Shown here: positions 38,856-48,170 of the stretch, piece after piece
Position numbering within the stretch: position 1 is the stretch's first letter
How the letters are laid out: the number at the start of each line of letters is the position of its first letter
DNA from: a bacterium
GTDB taxonomy: Bacteria > UBA8248
NCBI GenBank assembly: GCA_965200245.1
Contig: CBDATS010000005.1
Location: forward strand, 128,001 to 192,000
DNA: 64,000 nt
Reading direction: 5' to 3'
Made by a program: the position numbers and the translations under genes
Notes under the pieces: generated by a model
Told to the model about the DNA's origin: nothing
Database searches by the model: none
What the model saw: only the letters and a program-made list of their open reading frames with translations

Positions 38856-39854
38856 CTATTTCGCCAGCATGACCTTTTTCATTTCCATTCGGGGCTTGAT
38901 CGCCCCGGTGCGCACCTTCTCATACGCTTCCTTGGTCTTTTTCACCGCATCGGCCGATACGTTGCCGAGAGAACCGAGTTCGAACCCGTTCCCGAGTTTC
39001 ATGGCCACATATCCCCCACTCGCGCCTTTCATGATTCCCTGCATGGCCATCCGGTAAGGAGGCCGGAAGTCGATGATCAGCGTGCCGGCAAAATGCTTGG
39101 GTCCCTTGTCCGTCTTGTCGGTGTAGAACGTGGTGACCAGCACCTTGTTCTTCGCTTTCTTGGCCGCCTCGGCGACCCCGTACACTCCCAGGTTCACCAT
39201 GTTGATGATGAAGTCGACACCGTCGGCGATCATGGCGTCGGCTGTCTGGCGCGCCTTGACCGGATCGTTCTGGTTTCCGGTGAAGGAGTAGACAAGTTTC
39301 GCCTTGGGGTTGGTCGCTTTCAGGGCATCCGAGATGGTGTTGATGGAAGCCTTGAAGTCAGGAAGCTGGATTCCCGCGATGACGCCCACCTTGTTCGTTT
39401 TCGTGGCGAGGCCGGCCAGCACCCCGAAGGGATAGAAGGCCTGATAATAGTGACGGTGAATGTTCCACACGTTCTTGGGAACCTTGAACTTGCCCGAACT
39501 CTCCATGATGAAGATGGTGTCCGGGAATTTCGGTGCCAGTTTCTGTATGAGCCGGACGTACTGCCCGCCGTGGAAACCGATGATGGTGTAGCCCGAAGCA
39601 ATGTACTCGCGCGCCACCCGCTCGGCGTCTGCCGGAGAGATACGCTCGGAGTAGGAAGTCTCGATCTTGAACCTCTTCTTGGTGTCCTGCGCCACCTCAT
39701 AGCCTCTGAAGTTGCAGTCCGCATCCTCGATGGGTCTAGGCAGGATGATGGCGAACTTGTGGGCCTTCGCGGCGAGCGCCTGACCAGGGACGACCAGTGT
39801 CAGGGCCGTGAGTGCGGCGGCGAAGAACATTCGGCGTGTCCATTTGGCTTTCAT
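38856..39854 (-). CDS. BMP-family ABC substrate-binding protein
   Basis: AAGGAGG RBS, signal peptide (TRRMFF, possibly Tat), LAGLATKTNKVGVIAG and NDPVKARQ.A.AMIADGVD. Confidence 0.88.
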   Translation of the reverse strand: MKAKWTRRMFFAAALTALTLVVPGQALAAKAHKFAIILPRPIEDADCNFRGYEVAQDTKKRFKIETSYSERISPADAERVAREYIASGYTIIGFHGGQYVRLIQKLAPKFPDTIFIMESSGKFKVPKNVWNIHRHYYQAFYPFGVLAGLATKTNKVGVIAGIQLPDFKASINTISDALKATNPKAKLVYSFTGNQNDPVKARQTADAMIADGVDFIINMVNLGVYGVAEAAKKAKNKVLVTTFYTDKTDKGPKHFAGTLIIDFRPPYRMAMQGIMKGASGGYVAMKLGNGFELGSLGNVSADAVKKTKEAYEKVRTGAIKPRMEMKKVMLAK

Positions 39855-39896
39855 GTCAGTCCTCCTTGATGAGAAACACGATGTCCCGGACATGGG

Positions 39897-40837
39897 TCAA
39901 TTCCGGGCCTCACGGTCATATGGCCTTGTAAGTGCGCGGGGGCTCTCCGCCCCCCGCGCTACCTGAACCAGAACTATCATAGCGAACACGTACGGGAGCA
40001 TGAGCAAAAATTGCGGCGGGATGATTTTGGCGAACTGCGGCAGGGCGCTGACCTTGAATTGAAAGGCGTCGACATACGCGAAAAGAAGCGCGCCGACAAA
40101 CGACCACAGCGGCACCCAGCGCCCGAAGATCACCAGCATCAGGGCGAGCCACCCCCTTCCGTTCACGATGTTGTCCGTGAACGAACCCGAAATAACGAGT
40201 GGCAGGTATGCGCCCGCGACGCCCAGAAAGAGTCCGCCCACCGCGCATGCTCCGTAGCGCATCCGGGCGACATCGACTCCCACCGTGTCCGCCGCGCGGG
40301 GGTTCTCTCCGCAGGCGCGCAGTCTCAATCCCAGCGGGGTCTTGAAGAGGAAAAAATCACGGCCGCAACGAGGAAATAGGACAGATAAACCAGACCGTTT
40401 TGCCGGAAGAAAATCTCCCCGATGAAGGGAATCGCGCCCAGGAACGGGATGGGAATCTCTTTGAGCGTCGGCACTTGTGGAATCGACTGCACGACGCCGA
40501 CCGCCAGTCTGTAAATGGTGGGCGAGATACCCAGTCCCAGGACAAATATGCCCAGCCCGATCACGATCTGGTTCGCGCGCAGGGTGATGGAGAAATACGC
40601 CAGGAGCAGCGTCAGAACACTCCCTGACAGCGCTGCGACCAGACAGCCGACGAAAGCGCTGCCCGAATAGTAGGTGAGCAGAAAGCCCGTCACCGAACCG
40701 AGCGTCACGACGCCCTCGATACCAACGTTCAGGATTCCCGAGCGTTCAATGATGGTTTCCCCCAGGCACGCGATGATGAGGGGGGCCATCATGAGCATGG
40801 TAAGCTGGAAAAGGGATATGTCAAACAAGAGGGACAA
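39897..40837 (-). pseudogene. Nucleoside/BMP-type ABC permease, frameshifted
   Basis: ERSGILNVGIEG in the first ORF and LRACGENPRAAD...GRGWLAL in the second. One extra T in the T6 run (40351-40356) restores VIFFLFKTPLGLRLRA. Confidence 0.85.
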
Positions 40838-41191
40838 GAAGGCGCACTCCCCACTTCAGGTGTAAAAAATAAAAAAGTTTCTTTCCTTGCGCCGCTACTC
40901 GGGAGACGGGGTGCATTTATCGTTGTTATTTTGCAGTCAGTATGCCTTATATGTTCTCAAACTCAAAACAATAGAGTTCATATTTCCGGCGGGCGATACG
41001 GACTCTCCGCCTGCCCGGTTCCCTGTGGTTCTGACAAATCCGACCTGCCGCCTGACACCCGTGGTGAATGCGGATGCGTTGCCCGTCGCGTTCGGTTCAT
41101 ACATAATGCGCGCATTGCAAACGCTTCCCATATCGACTGACCAACCAGGATGGAGATCGTTTTTTTCTTCGTCCCAAAGGAGACCTCCAAG

Positions 41192-41911
41192 ATGGAATTG
41201 ATCGATCTGAGCATGGAAATATACCGGGACATGCCAATCTACCCGGACCTCCCCGGCCCCTCCCTCACCGTCGATGAAGACTGGGATACAGTTGCCAGAC
41301 GCACGGGCGCCATCGACTACGGCGCCCCCATTGTGACAAATCACTGCGTCATCTTCATGAGCGACCACACGGGTACGCACATCGACTCCCCCTGGCACAA
41401 CAATCCCGATGGCTTCACGACCGAACGCATCCCGCTCGAGTGGTGTCTTTCGGACGGCGTCGTCCTCGACTTCACGGACAAGGAGTCGGGCTACACCATC
41501 ACCGCGGCGGATGTGGAGAGCGCACTCAAAAAGATCGACTACACCCTCAAGCCCCTCGATATCGTGCTCATCCGCACCGACGCAAGCGTGGACTGGCAGA
41601 CGAATCCCGACTACACCATGAACCAGCCCGGCATGAGTGCCGAGGCGACCCACTACCTGATTGACAACGGCATCCGCGTAATGGGGATCGACGCGAGTGG
41701 CTGGGATGTGCCTATCTGGAAGATGCACGAGACACGCAGCTACTGGGAGGCCCACCGGGTCATGCTGGAGAAGGATTACTGCCACATCGAGAACATGATC
41801 AACCTGAACCTCATTCCCAGGCCCTTCGGCTTCAAGCTCTCGGTGTTGCCTATCAAGTTCCGGGGCATTTCGGGCTCTCCCATCCGTGCGGTGGCGATTA
41901 TCGACGCCTAG
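41192..41911 (+). CDS. Cyclase family metal-dependent hydrolase (kynurenine formamidase-like)
   Basis: IDLS, HTGTHIDSPWH (HxGTHxDxPxH), MGID, HIENM and GSPIRAVA; AAGGAG RBS. Confidence 0.92.
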   Translation: MELIDLSMEIYRDMPIYPDLPGPSLTVDEDWDTVARRTGAIDYGAPIVTNHCVIFMSDHTGTHIDSPWHNNPDGFTTERIPLEWCLSDGVVLDFTDKESGYTITAADVESALKKIDYTLKPLDIVLIRTDASVDWQTNPDYTMNQPGMSAEATHYLIDNGIRVMGIDASGWDVPIWKMHETRSYWEAHRVMLEKDYCHIENMINLNLIPRPFGFKLSVLPIKFRGISGSPIRAVAIIDA

Positions 41912-41932
41912 ACCTCCCGGGGAGCGAGTGGC

Positions 41933-43501
41933 ATGGTGCTGGCCGTCTGCGTCCTATCCGGCGCGTACCACGATTCTGTGAAACTCATGCGCATCAGCGC
42001 CGCAGCTACACAGAAGCCAGGCGTACGCCAAGCAGCGGCACTCATGGGCACACCGATGAATCTCGAGCAACTCGCAGCCAGCGGCCTTTTCGCTGAAGAA
42101 GCGAGAAGCGCGGGGCCGAACGACCTCGTCCTGGTCGTCGATGCGCAAGATACACAAACAGCGCAACAAGAGCTCACCATAATGGAAACTGCTCTCACCA
42201 CCCCCCGTGCAGATGGCGGTGCGGGCGTGTTCGCAAACCTCGCGGTGCCCACGCTCGATGCCGCACTCGGCAAGGACCCCTCGATCAACCTGGCTCTTTT
42301 CTCGATTCCTGGCCCGAGCGTGCGCCGCGAGGCGACTCGCGCGCTGGGGATGGGCCTCCACTGCCTCATCTTCAGCGACAACGTGCCGGTGGAAGACGAG
42401 GTGGCTCTCAAGCGAATCGGACGCGAGCGGGGACTGCTCGTGATGGGTCCCGACTGCGGCACGGCCCACATCGCAGGCGTGGGCCTCGGGTTTTGCAACG
42501 TGGCGCGTCCGGGCGAAATCGGTATCGTGGGCGCAGCCGGAACGGGAATTCAGGAAGCCATGGCCAGTATCGATTCGGCAGGCGGGGGAATCTCCTGCGC
42601 CTTGGGGACCGGCGGGCGCGACGTCACCGCCGCTGTCTGCGGCCTCGCCATGATCCAGGCTATCGAAGCCCTGATTGAAGATGCGACTACAAAGGTTCTC
42701 CTCATTCTCGGAAAACCGCCCGAGCCCGCCGCTTTGGAGAAGATACTGGAAGCAACGGCCCGCTGCGAAAAACCCGCCGTCATCCATTTCGTCGGATCTG
42801 GCACCGGGGATACAGAGCGACTCTTGCACACGAATCCTGGTCTCCACGCTGCGGGTTCACTCGCAGAAGCGGGCAGGCTCGCCGTCTCGCTGTGCGAAGG
42901 TCATGCCAAGGCAGCGAAGCCCAAACTCGGTCCCGAAGTTCAAGAGAATATCTCGGCGTGGAGCCGCACAAGCCCGAGGAGCCGTCGATTTCTCCGCGGC
43001 GTCTACACGGGAGGGACGCTTTGTGCCGAAGCCCAGGCCATCGTCGGAGAAACGGTTCCGGGAATTCGCTCCAATGCTCCACTGGACAAGAACCAAGGCA
43101 TGATGGCCGACCCCATGAAATCTGAGGGTCATGCAGTGGTGGACATGGGTGAGGATCTGTTCACGCGCGGAAAGCCCCATCCCATGATCGACCCCACACC
43201 CAGAAGTGCTCGCATTCTTCAGGAAGCCCAAGACCCGGAAACGGCGGTCTTGCTCATTGACGTCGTTCTCGGCCTTGGTGCGCATCATGATCCAGCGGGA
43301 GAGGCGGCGAAGGTCATTGAGCGCGCGCGGGATGCGGGTGCCGGCATCCTGTTCATCGCCTCCGTCACGGGAACCGAGGGCGACCCGCAGGGTCTGAAGG
43401 AACAGCGAGACAGGTTGAAGGTGGCAGGTGTGCTGGTGGCGGATACGCACGCGGATGCGTGCCTCGCCGCCGCCGCCGCGCTGCAGGCCATCGACCGATG
43501 A
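41933..43501 (+). CDS. fdrA: FdrA/AllF-family acyl-CoA synthetase-like protein
   Basis: YHDSVKLM, FSDNVP, LVMGPDCGT, GTGGRD, GVYTGGTLCAE and GKPHPMIDP. Confidence 0.9.
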   Translation: MVLAVCVLSGAYHDSVKLMRISAAATQKPGVRQAAALMGTPMNLEQLAASGLFAEEARSAGPNDLVLVVDAQDTQTAQQELTIMETALTTPRADGGAGVFANLAVPTLDAALGKDPSINLALFSIPGPSVRREATRALGMGLHCLIFSDNVPVEDEVALKRIGRERGLLVMGPDCGTAHIAGVGLGFCNVARPGEIGIVGAAGTGIQEAMASIDSAGGGISCALGTGGRDVTAAVCGLAMIQAIEALIEDATTKVLLILGKPPEPAALEKILEATARCEKPAVIHFVGSGTGDTERLLHTNPGLHAAGSLAEAGRLAVSLCEGHAKAAKPKLGPEVQENISAWSRTSPRSRRFLRGVYTGGTLCAEAQAIVGETVPGIRSNAPLDKNQGMMADPMKSEGHAVVDMGEDLFTRGKPHPMIDPTPRSARILQEAQDPETAVLLIDVVLGLGAHHDPAGEAAKVIERARDAGAGILFIASVTGTEGDPQGLKEQRDRLKVAGVLVADTHADACLAAAAALQAIDR

Positions 43502-44916
43502 GCACGAAAAAATTGCTGGAGGGCATCCGCATCGCCAATATCGGCGTGGAGTTGTTCGCGGAAAGTATCGCTGCGCAGAATGCCCCCGTGGTGCAGGTGG
43601 ACTGGCGTCCCCCGGCCGGAGGAGACCCCGAAATGATGAATCGCCTCGACAGATTGGCCGCCTGTGATGCGGCCAACGACATCGCCATCGAGAGGCTTCA
43701 GGCCGCAAGGCCCGTATGGGTGGATGTCGGCGTCGCCATGGAAGACATACCCGGCATGGGCGAGCGCACCCTCCTCCACGCGGGCCCTCCAATTACCTGG
43801 GAGAGAATGTCCGGGCCTCTTCGGGGCGCGATGACAGGCGCGACTCTCCTGGAAGGATGGGCGCAGGACGCGAATGAAGCCGAACAGCTATGTGCGAGCG
43901 GGGAGATCGCTTTCGAGCCGTGCCACCATCACTCGTCGGTGGAACCGATGGCGGGCGTGGTATCGCCCTCCATGCCGGTGAGCATCATCGAAAATCGAGC
44001 CCCAGCAGAACTCGGCGGCGGCGGAAGGGCTTACTGCACCCTGAACGAGGGTTTGGGCAAAGTACTTCGCTACGGCGCGTATTCCGAAGACGTGCTGGAA
44101 CGCCTCAAATGGATGGCGGAGGAACTGGCCCCTGCCCTGCGCGCGGCGCTCCGTGCGACTCCCGAGGGGCTGGACATCAAGAGCGTCATCGCGCGCGCTT
44201 TGCAGATGGGCGATGAGGCGCATAACCGGAACGTCGCGTCCACGTCGTGTATTGCCCGCACCCTCATGCCCTGCCTCGCGGAGACGGTAAACGACACATG
44301 GGTAATTTCCCGCGTGGCGGCTTTTTGGGCGGGCAACGATCACTTCTTTCTGAACCTCGCAATGCCCGCCGCCAAGGCGAGTCTCGACACCATGGCCGGT
44401 ATCGAGGGGTCCTCTCTGGTCTACGCCATGTCGCGCAACGGGACAGATTTCGGTATCAGGGTCGCCGGTCTGGGGGATGCGTGGTTCACCGCGCCCGCGA
44501 AACATCCTGTGGGGCTGTTTTTTCCCGGCTTCTCGCAAGAAGATGCAAACCCCGACATCGGCGATTCGGCCATCATGGAGACACTCGGCGTCGGCGGCTT
44601 CGCCATGGCTGCAGCGCCCGCTATTGTATCGTTCGTAGGCAGCTCGACGGCGGAAGCCTTTCAGGCGACGAACGAAATGTACGGGATCACCTGGGCGAGG
44701 AGCCGCGACTACACCCTTCCCGTACTCGATTTTGCGGGCGTGCCGATGGGCATCGACATCCGCAAGGTGATCGAAACGGGCATCTACCCCAACATCAACA
44801 CCGGAATCGCCTCCAGGAACGCCGGCGTCGGGCAAATAGGCGCAGGCGTCCTACGCGCCCCCGAAGCGCCGTTTCAAAAAGCCTTTGAAGCCCTAGTCGA
44901 CAAGGTGCCGGATTAG
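43498..44916 (+). CDS. DUF1116 (YlbE/AllG-like) protein
   Basis: VDWRPPAGG, LLHAGPP, NEGLGKVLRYGA, MGDEAHNRN, NPDIGDSAI.E and INTGIA; ATGA-coupled to fdrA. Confidence 0.88.
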   Translation: MSTKKLLEGIRIANIGVELFAESIAAQNAPVVQVDWRPPAGGDPEMMNRLDRLAACDAANDIAIERLQAARPVWVDVGVAMEDIPGMGERTLLHAGPPITWERMSGPLRGAMTGATLLEGWAQDANEAEQLCASGEIAFEPCHHHSSVEPMAGVVSPSMPVSIIENRAPAELGGGGRAYCTLNEGLGKVLRYGAYSEDVLERLKWMAEELAPALRAALRATPEGLDIKSVIARALQMGDEAHNRNVASTSCIARTLMPCLAETVNDTWVISRVAAFWAGNDHFFLNLAMPAAKASLDTMAGIEGSSLVYAMSRNGTDFGIRVAGLGDAWFTAPAKHPVGLFFPGFSQEDANPDIGDSAIMETLGVGGFAMAAAPAIVSFVGSSTAEAFQATNEMYGITWARSRDYTLPVLDFAGVPMGIDIRKVIETGIYPNINTGIASRNAGVGQIGAGVLRAPEAPFQKAFEALVDKVPD

Positions 44917-45161
44917 CGAGAGGGTGTTTCTGTTCCAAAGAACGCCGCTCCCTTGAGGCTTATCCGAAATCGGGGAGCACGGTACCCTTCCCCAAGTCGC
45001 AGACACATTTGCAGCCCAGCGCCAGAGCGGCACAACGACTGACTAGCCCGACGGATATCCAGACACCTCGGAAGTATATGTATTTATGAGCCAAGCGCAC
45101 ATTTCGCCAGTCCTTCACAGTGCGTAGCAATTTTCCTTTTCTCTCCGGTTGGGGTTCGCCC

Positions 45162-46038
45162 TCACGCGGCCTGCCATACGATCGCCACCATGCCGATGAA
45201 CAACAAGACCGCGCCCACCGTTTTCCGCCAGGTAATCTCTTCTTCCCCCTTGAGCCAGATGCGGGCGAATAGCAGGGAAAACAGCGGCGCGGTGTAGACG
45301 ATGGGGGCGATGATCGACACTTCGCCGTAGCGATACGCTGTGAAATGGCAGAAAAAAGAAAGCGTGAGAATCGAGCCCGCAAGCGCAAATCCCGTCACGC
45401 CCGCGCGGTTGAACGAAAAACGCTGATCTTCGGGCAGAAAGGGATAGAACACGAACAGCATGGGAACGGAGATCGCATAGGCAAGCGTCGCTCCCAGCAG
45501 CGGTTCGGGCATGAGGGCGAGTGCGTGCTTTCTGATGGACGCGGCAAAGGCGAACGAAACGGCGTGGGCCATCGGCAGGAGGATGAATATCCTTCGCCAG
45601 GGTTTCTCGCCTTCACTTTTGAGCGCCAGCAACACGCACCCTGCGACCACAAAGAGCGTCGCCCCCAGCACCAGAACGCCCGGACGTTCACCGAGCCAGG
45701 CCATCGCCACGAGAGTGGAAAAAAAAAGGCGTCACCGTGATGAGCGGCATGGCGCGTCCCACCCCGATATAGCCGATGCTCAGGAACATGAGGGCCTGTG
45801 CCATTCCGGGCGCAAGCGCGCCACCCGTCAGAAACCACAGGGCGACCGGCAGCGTAAGTTCACTCCATGGAGAAAGAAATGCCGAGATTGTGACCAGGAC
45901 AACCGTTCCGATGCTGAGTGTAATCAGGCTGCCCGTGAAGGCACTCGCGTGGCGCATGTTCCGCCGTGCCATGACACTGAAGGCGGCGAACGATACCGAC
46001 GACGCGAGACTCAGTGCGATGGCGAGGTGTTGATCCAA
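45162..46038 (-). pseudogene. EamA/DMT-family transporter, frameshifted
   Basis: Two ORFs together give a 10-TM EamA protein. Removing one T from the T9 run (45719-45727) restores TPFFSTLVAMAWLGE. Confidence 0.82.
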
Positions 46039-46157
46039 GGCGGGAGCTTACCGGTGAAAGAACAGGCAAATGGGAGGATTCACGCTCCCGCACGCGGTGG
46101 TGGGTGTCGATCCAATCTCGTACACCCCTGATTTCGGCAAACGCCGTGCAAGAAGCT

Positions 46158-46670
46158 TCAGCAACCTGTCTTCTTGCACCTGATACACTCTACGATACTG
46201 TCCGGCTCGTTCGACCTGGAGGAGCGTTCCACGTCGTAGTCTTCCATCTTTGCATTACCGAACAGGCCAATGAGCATTCTTCCGTCTTCCAGGACGATAT
46301 AATCCCCAATCAGGACCCTGCCGGTAGCTTCATCCCTAGCGGCCCTGCGGTAAATGTGCCGGATCCCGATTCTGTGGTTGCAAGAAGCAGCGTAGCGAAG
46401 GCCGTTTTTCAAGACGTGGGCCTTCCCGTCCACGATTTCCGTCTGTACCTTGCGTTCTCCGCCGGAAAGCCAACCATCAACGAAGGTCACTCGCGTGATC
46501 CCGTCCTCACCGACTTCAAAGGATATTTTCACGTAGCGTGTTTCGCCGCAAATCCACTCGCCGATCATCTTCTGGTCACAAATTGTGGCAGGTTCTGCGG
46601 CGGACGCACCTCCTGCGGTTCCAGCGAGAACGAGCGAGAGCAGCAACGCTTTCGGCAGAGTCGAAAACAT
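46158..46670 (-). CDS. Hypothetical secreted protein
   Basis: GGAG RBS, signal peptide LLLSLVLAGTAGGASA, mature region with six Cys; no family recognised. Confidence 0.55.
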   Translation of the reverse strand: MFSTLPKALLLSLVLAGTAGGASAAEPATICDQKMIGEWICGETRYVKISFEVGEDGITRVTFVDGWLSGGERKVQTEIVDGKAHVLKNGLRYAASCNHRIGIRHIYRRAARDEATGRVLIGDYIVLEDGRMLIGLFGNAKMEDYDVERSSRSNEPDSIVECIRCKKTGC

Positions 46671-46813
46671 GGGTTTCTCCCCGCTAACGTCCGGCTGCAC
46701 GCAATCCTGCGCCAGGCAGGCGAAAAATACGCCGCCCGCCCTTATTTCCTCCGCCGCGCACCCAAGCCCCGAATGGAGTTTCGGTCAACGATCTTCACAA
46801 CGAACATCTACTG

Positions 46814-48034
46814 CTAGAAATACACTTCCCCTGGTCTTACGGGCGGGGTCCACTCGCACTCGCCAAAGGGTCCGTCGCCGTTTTCCTTGACGTAGGCGAT
46901 GCGATTGTCGTTCACGGTCTCGCCAACAAGGGCACGGTGCAACCAGTCGAGAATGTACTGGTGATTATCAATGCCGCCCAGATTCGAGAGGCTCACAAGG
47001 GGGTGGAACTGGTTCTCGAACACCCACATCTCCTTCTTGCAAGTGAGATCCTCATACACTTCGATGGCATCCTCAAGCGGGCAAAGCGGGTCGAACTCGC
47101 CTGTCACCAGAAGCGTGGGGCATTGAACCTTGTCCATGTAGCCCTTGACGGTCATGTTACGCGCCATCTCGTCGAACGCATCCTCATCGTCCATGCCCGC
47201 CATATACATGAACACCTGTTTGAAGCGCGGCGAGGACTGCGTGAAGATGGTGTTGTTCGGGTTGAAACACGCCACAGCACTCGCCACCGCCGCCGCCCGG
47301 TGGTCGTAGCACGCCAGGCGAAGCGACCAGAAACTTCCCATGCTGATGCCGTAGATGCCGATCTTGGTGGGCTCGATCTCCTCACGCCCGAGAAGGTAGT
47401 CCATTACCGCAGCGCCCGCGCGCTCGTAGTTGTCGCCAACGGCGCGGATTTTCTGGATGTTGGAGTTGCCCTGCCCCGGGCCGTCCATCGCCAAAACGTG
47501 AAAACCCCTGTCCGCAGCCACGTTGTGCCTGGCGTGGGGGAAGACTTCCTTGGTCTGGTCCATGCCCGGCACGTAGATGACACACGGCGCTTTTCTCCGG
47601 TCAGGCAAGAGGTGCAGCAGGCAGGAGATGGTCTTGCCGTCATCAAAGGGCACCTCGACGCGCTCGATGGGATACGATGCCGTTTCCGATCGTCTGTCGA
47701 CCATTTCCTTGAGCTTGTTGCAAAGGTAAACCTTCACCGGGTTGTCGTCATAGAAAATCGGGTGCTGCGCCATGCGATAAGCTTCGATGGCGTGGTCGTA
47801 GTGCTCGGTGGCCGTGGCGTTGAAACCCTCCCTCTGGGCCTTGTTGCCGAGTTTTTCGTGGAATTCCGCGGATTCGCGCCAGACCTTGGGCAACATCTGG
47901 TAGTTGTGGGCGCGCTTGCCTTGGGGTACTTCCAGGTAATCGCGCTCGAAGTTCTGGACTCTGCCTCTCATGTTCAGGGCCAAGTCCAGCATCCACTGCT
48001 GATTGTCTCTTTCGGTACGTAGTTTGCGAATCAT
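46814..48034 (-). CDS. Alpha/beta hydrolase (FrsA / 2,6-dihydroxypseudooxynicotine hydrolase-like)
   Basis: PGMDQTKE, MDGPGQG, nucleophile elbow GISMG, GEFDPL and FHP. Confidence 0.85.
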   Translation of the reverse strand: MIRKLRTERDNQQWMLDLALNMRGRVQNFERDYLEVPQGKRAHNYQMLPKVWRESAEFHEKLGNKAQREGFNATATEHYDHAIEAYRMAQHPIFYDDNPVKVYLCNKLKEMVDRRSETASYPIERVEVPFDDGKTISCLLHLLPDRRKAPCVIYVPGMDQTKEVFPHARHNVAADRGFHVLAMDGPGQGNSNIQKIRAVGDNYERAGAAVMDYLLGREEIEPTKIGIYGISMGSFWSLRLACYDHRAAAVASAVACFNPNNTIFTQSSPRFKQVFMYMAGMDDEDAFDEMARNMTVKGYMDKVQCPTLLVTGEFDPLCPLEDAIEVYEDLTCKKEMWVFENQFHPLVSLSNLGGIDNHQYILDWLHRALVGETVNDNRIAYVKENGDGPFGECEWTPPVRPGEVYF

Positions 48035-48107
48035 TTTTCTCTCCACGTTGAAAAATGGCAAAAGAAGTTTCGCCGACAAATATTCCCTTCACCCGGATGC
48101 GGGCGGA

Positions 48108-48136
48108 ATGCTAAGCGGGGCGCGCCTTGCGGTCAA
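48108..48136 (-). promoter_or_regulatory. Putative sigma70 promoter for the hydrolase
   Basis: TTGACC-17 nt-TAGCAT on the minus strand. Confidence 0.45.
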
Positions 48137-48170
48137 TGCACTCGACTCAACAGATAAGGTTACCTAGCAC

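Noticed and set aside
22193-48022. Long antisense or alternate-frame ORFs (e.g. 22193..23254 +, 26956..28185 -, 38613..39869 +, 46937..48022 +)
   Set aside because: They are shadows of well-supported genes in GC-rich DNA and show no recognisable motifs.
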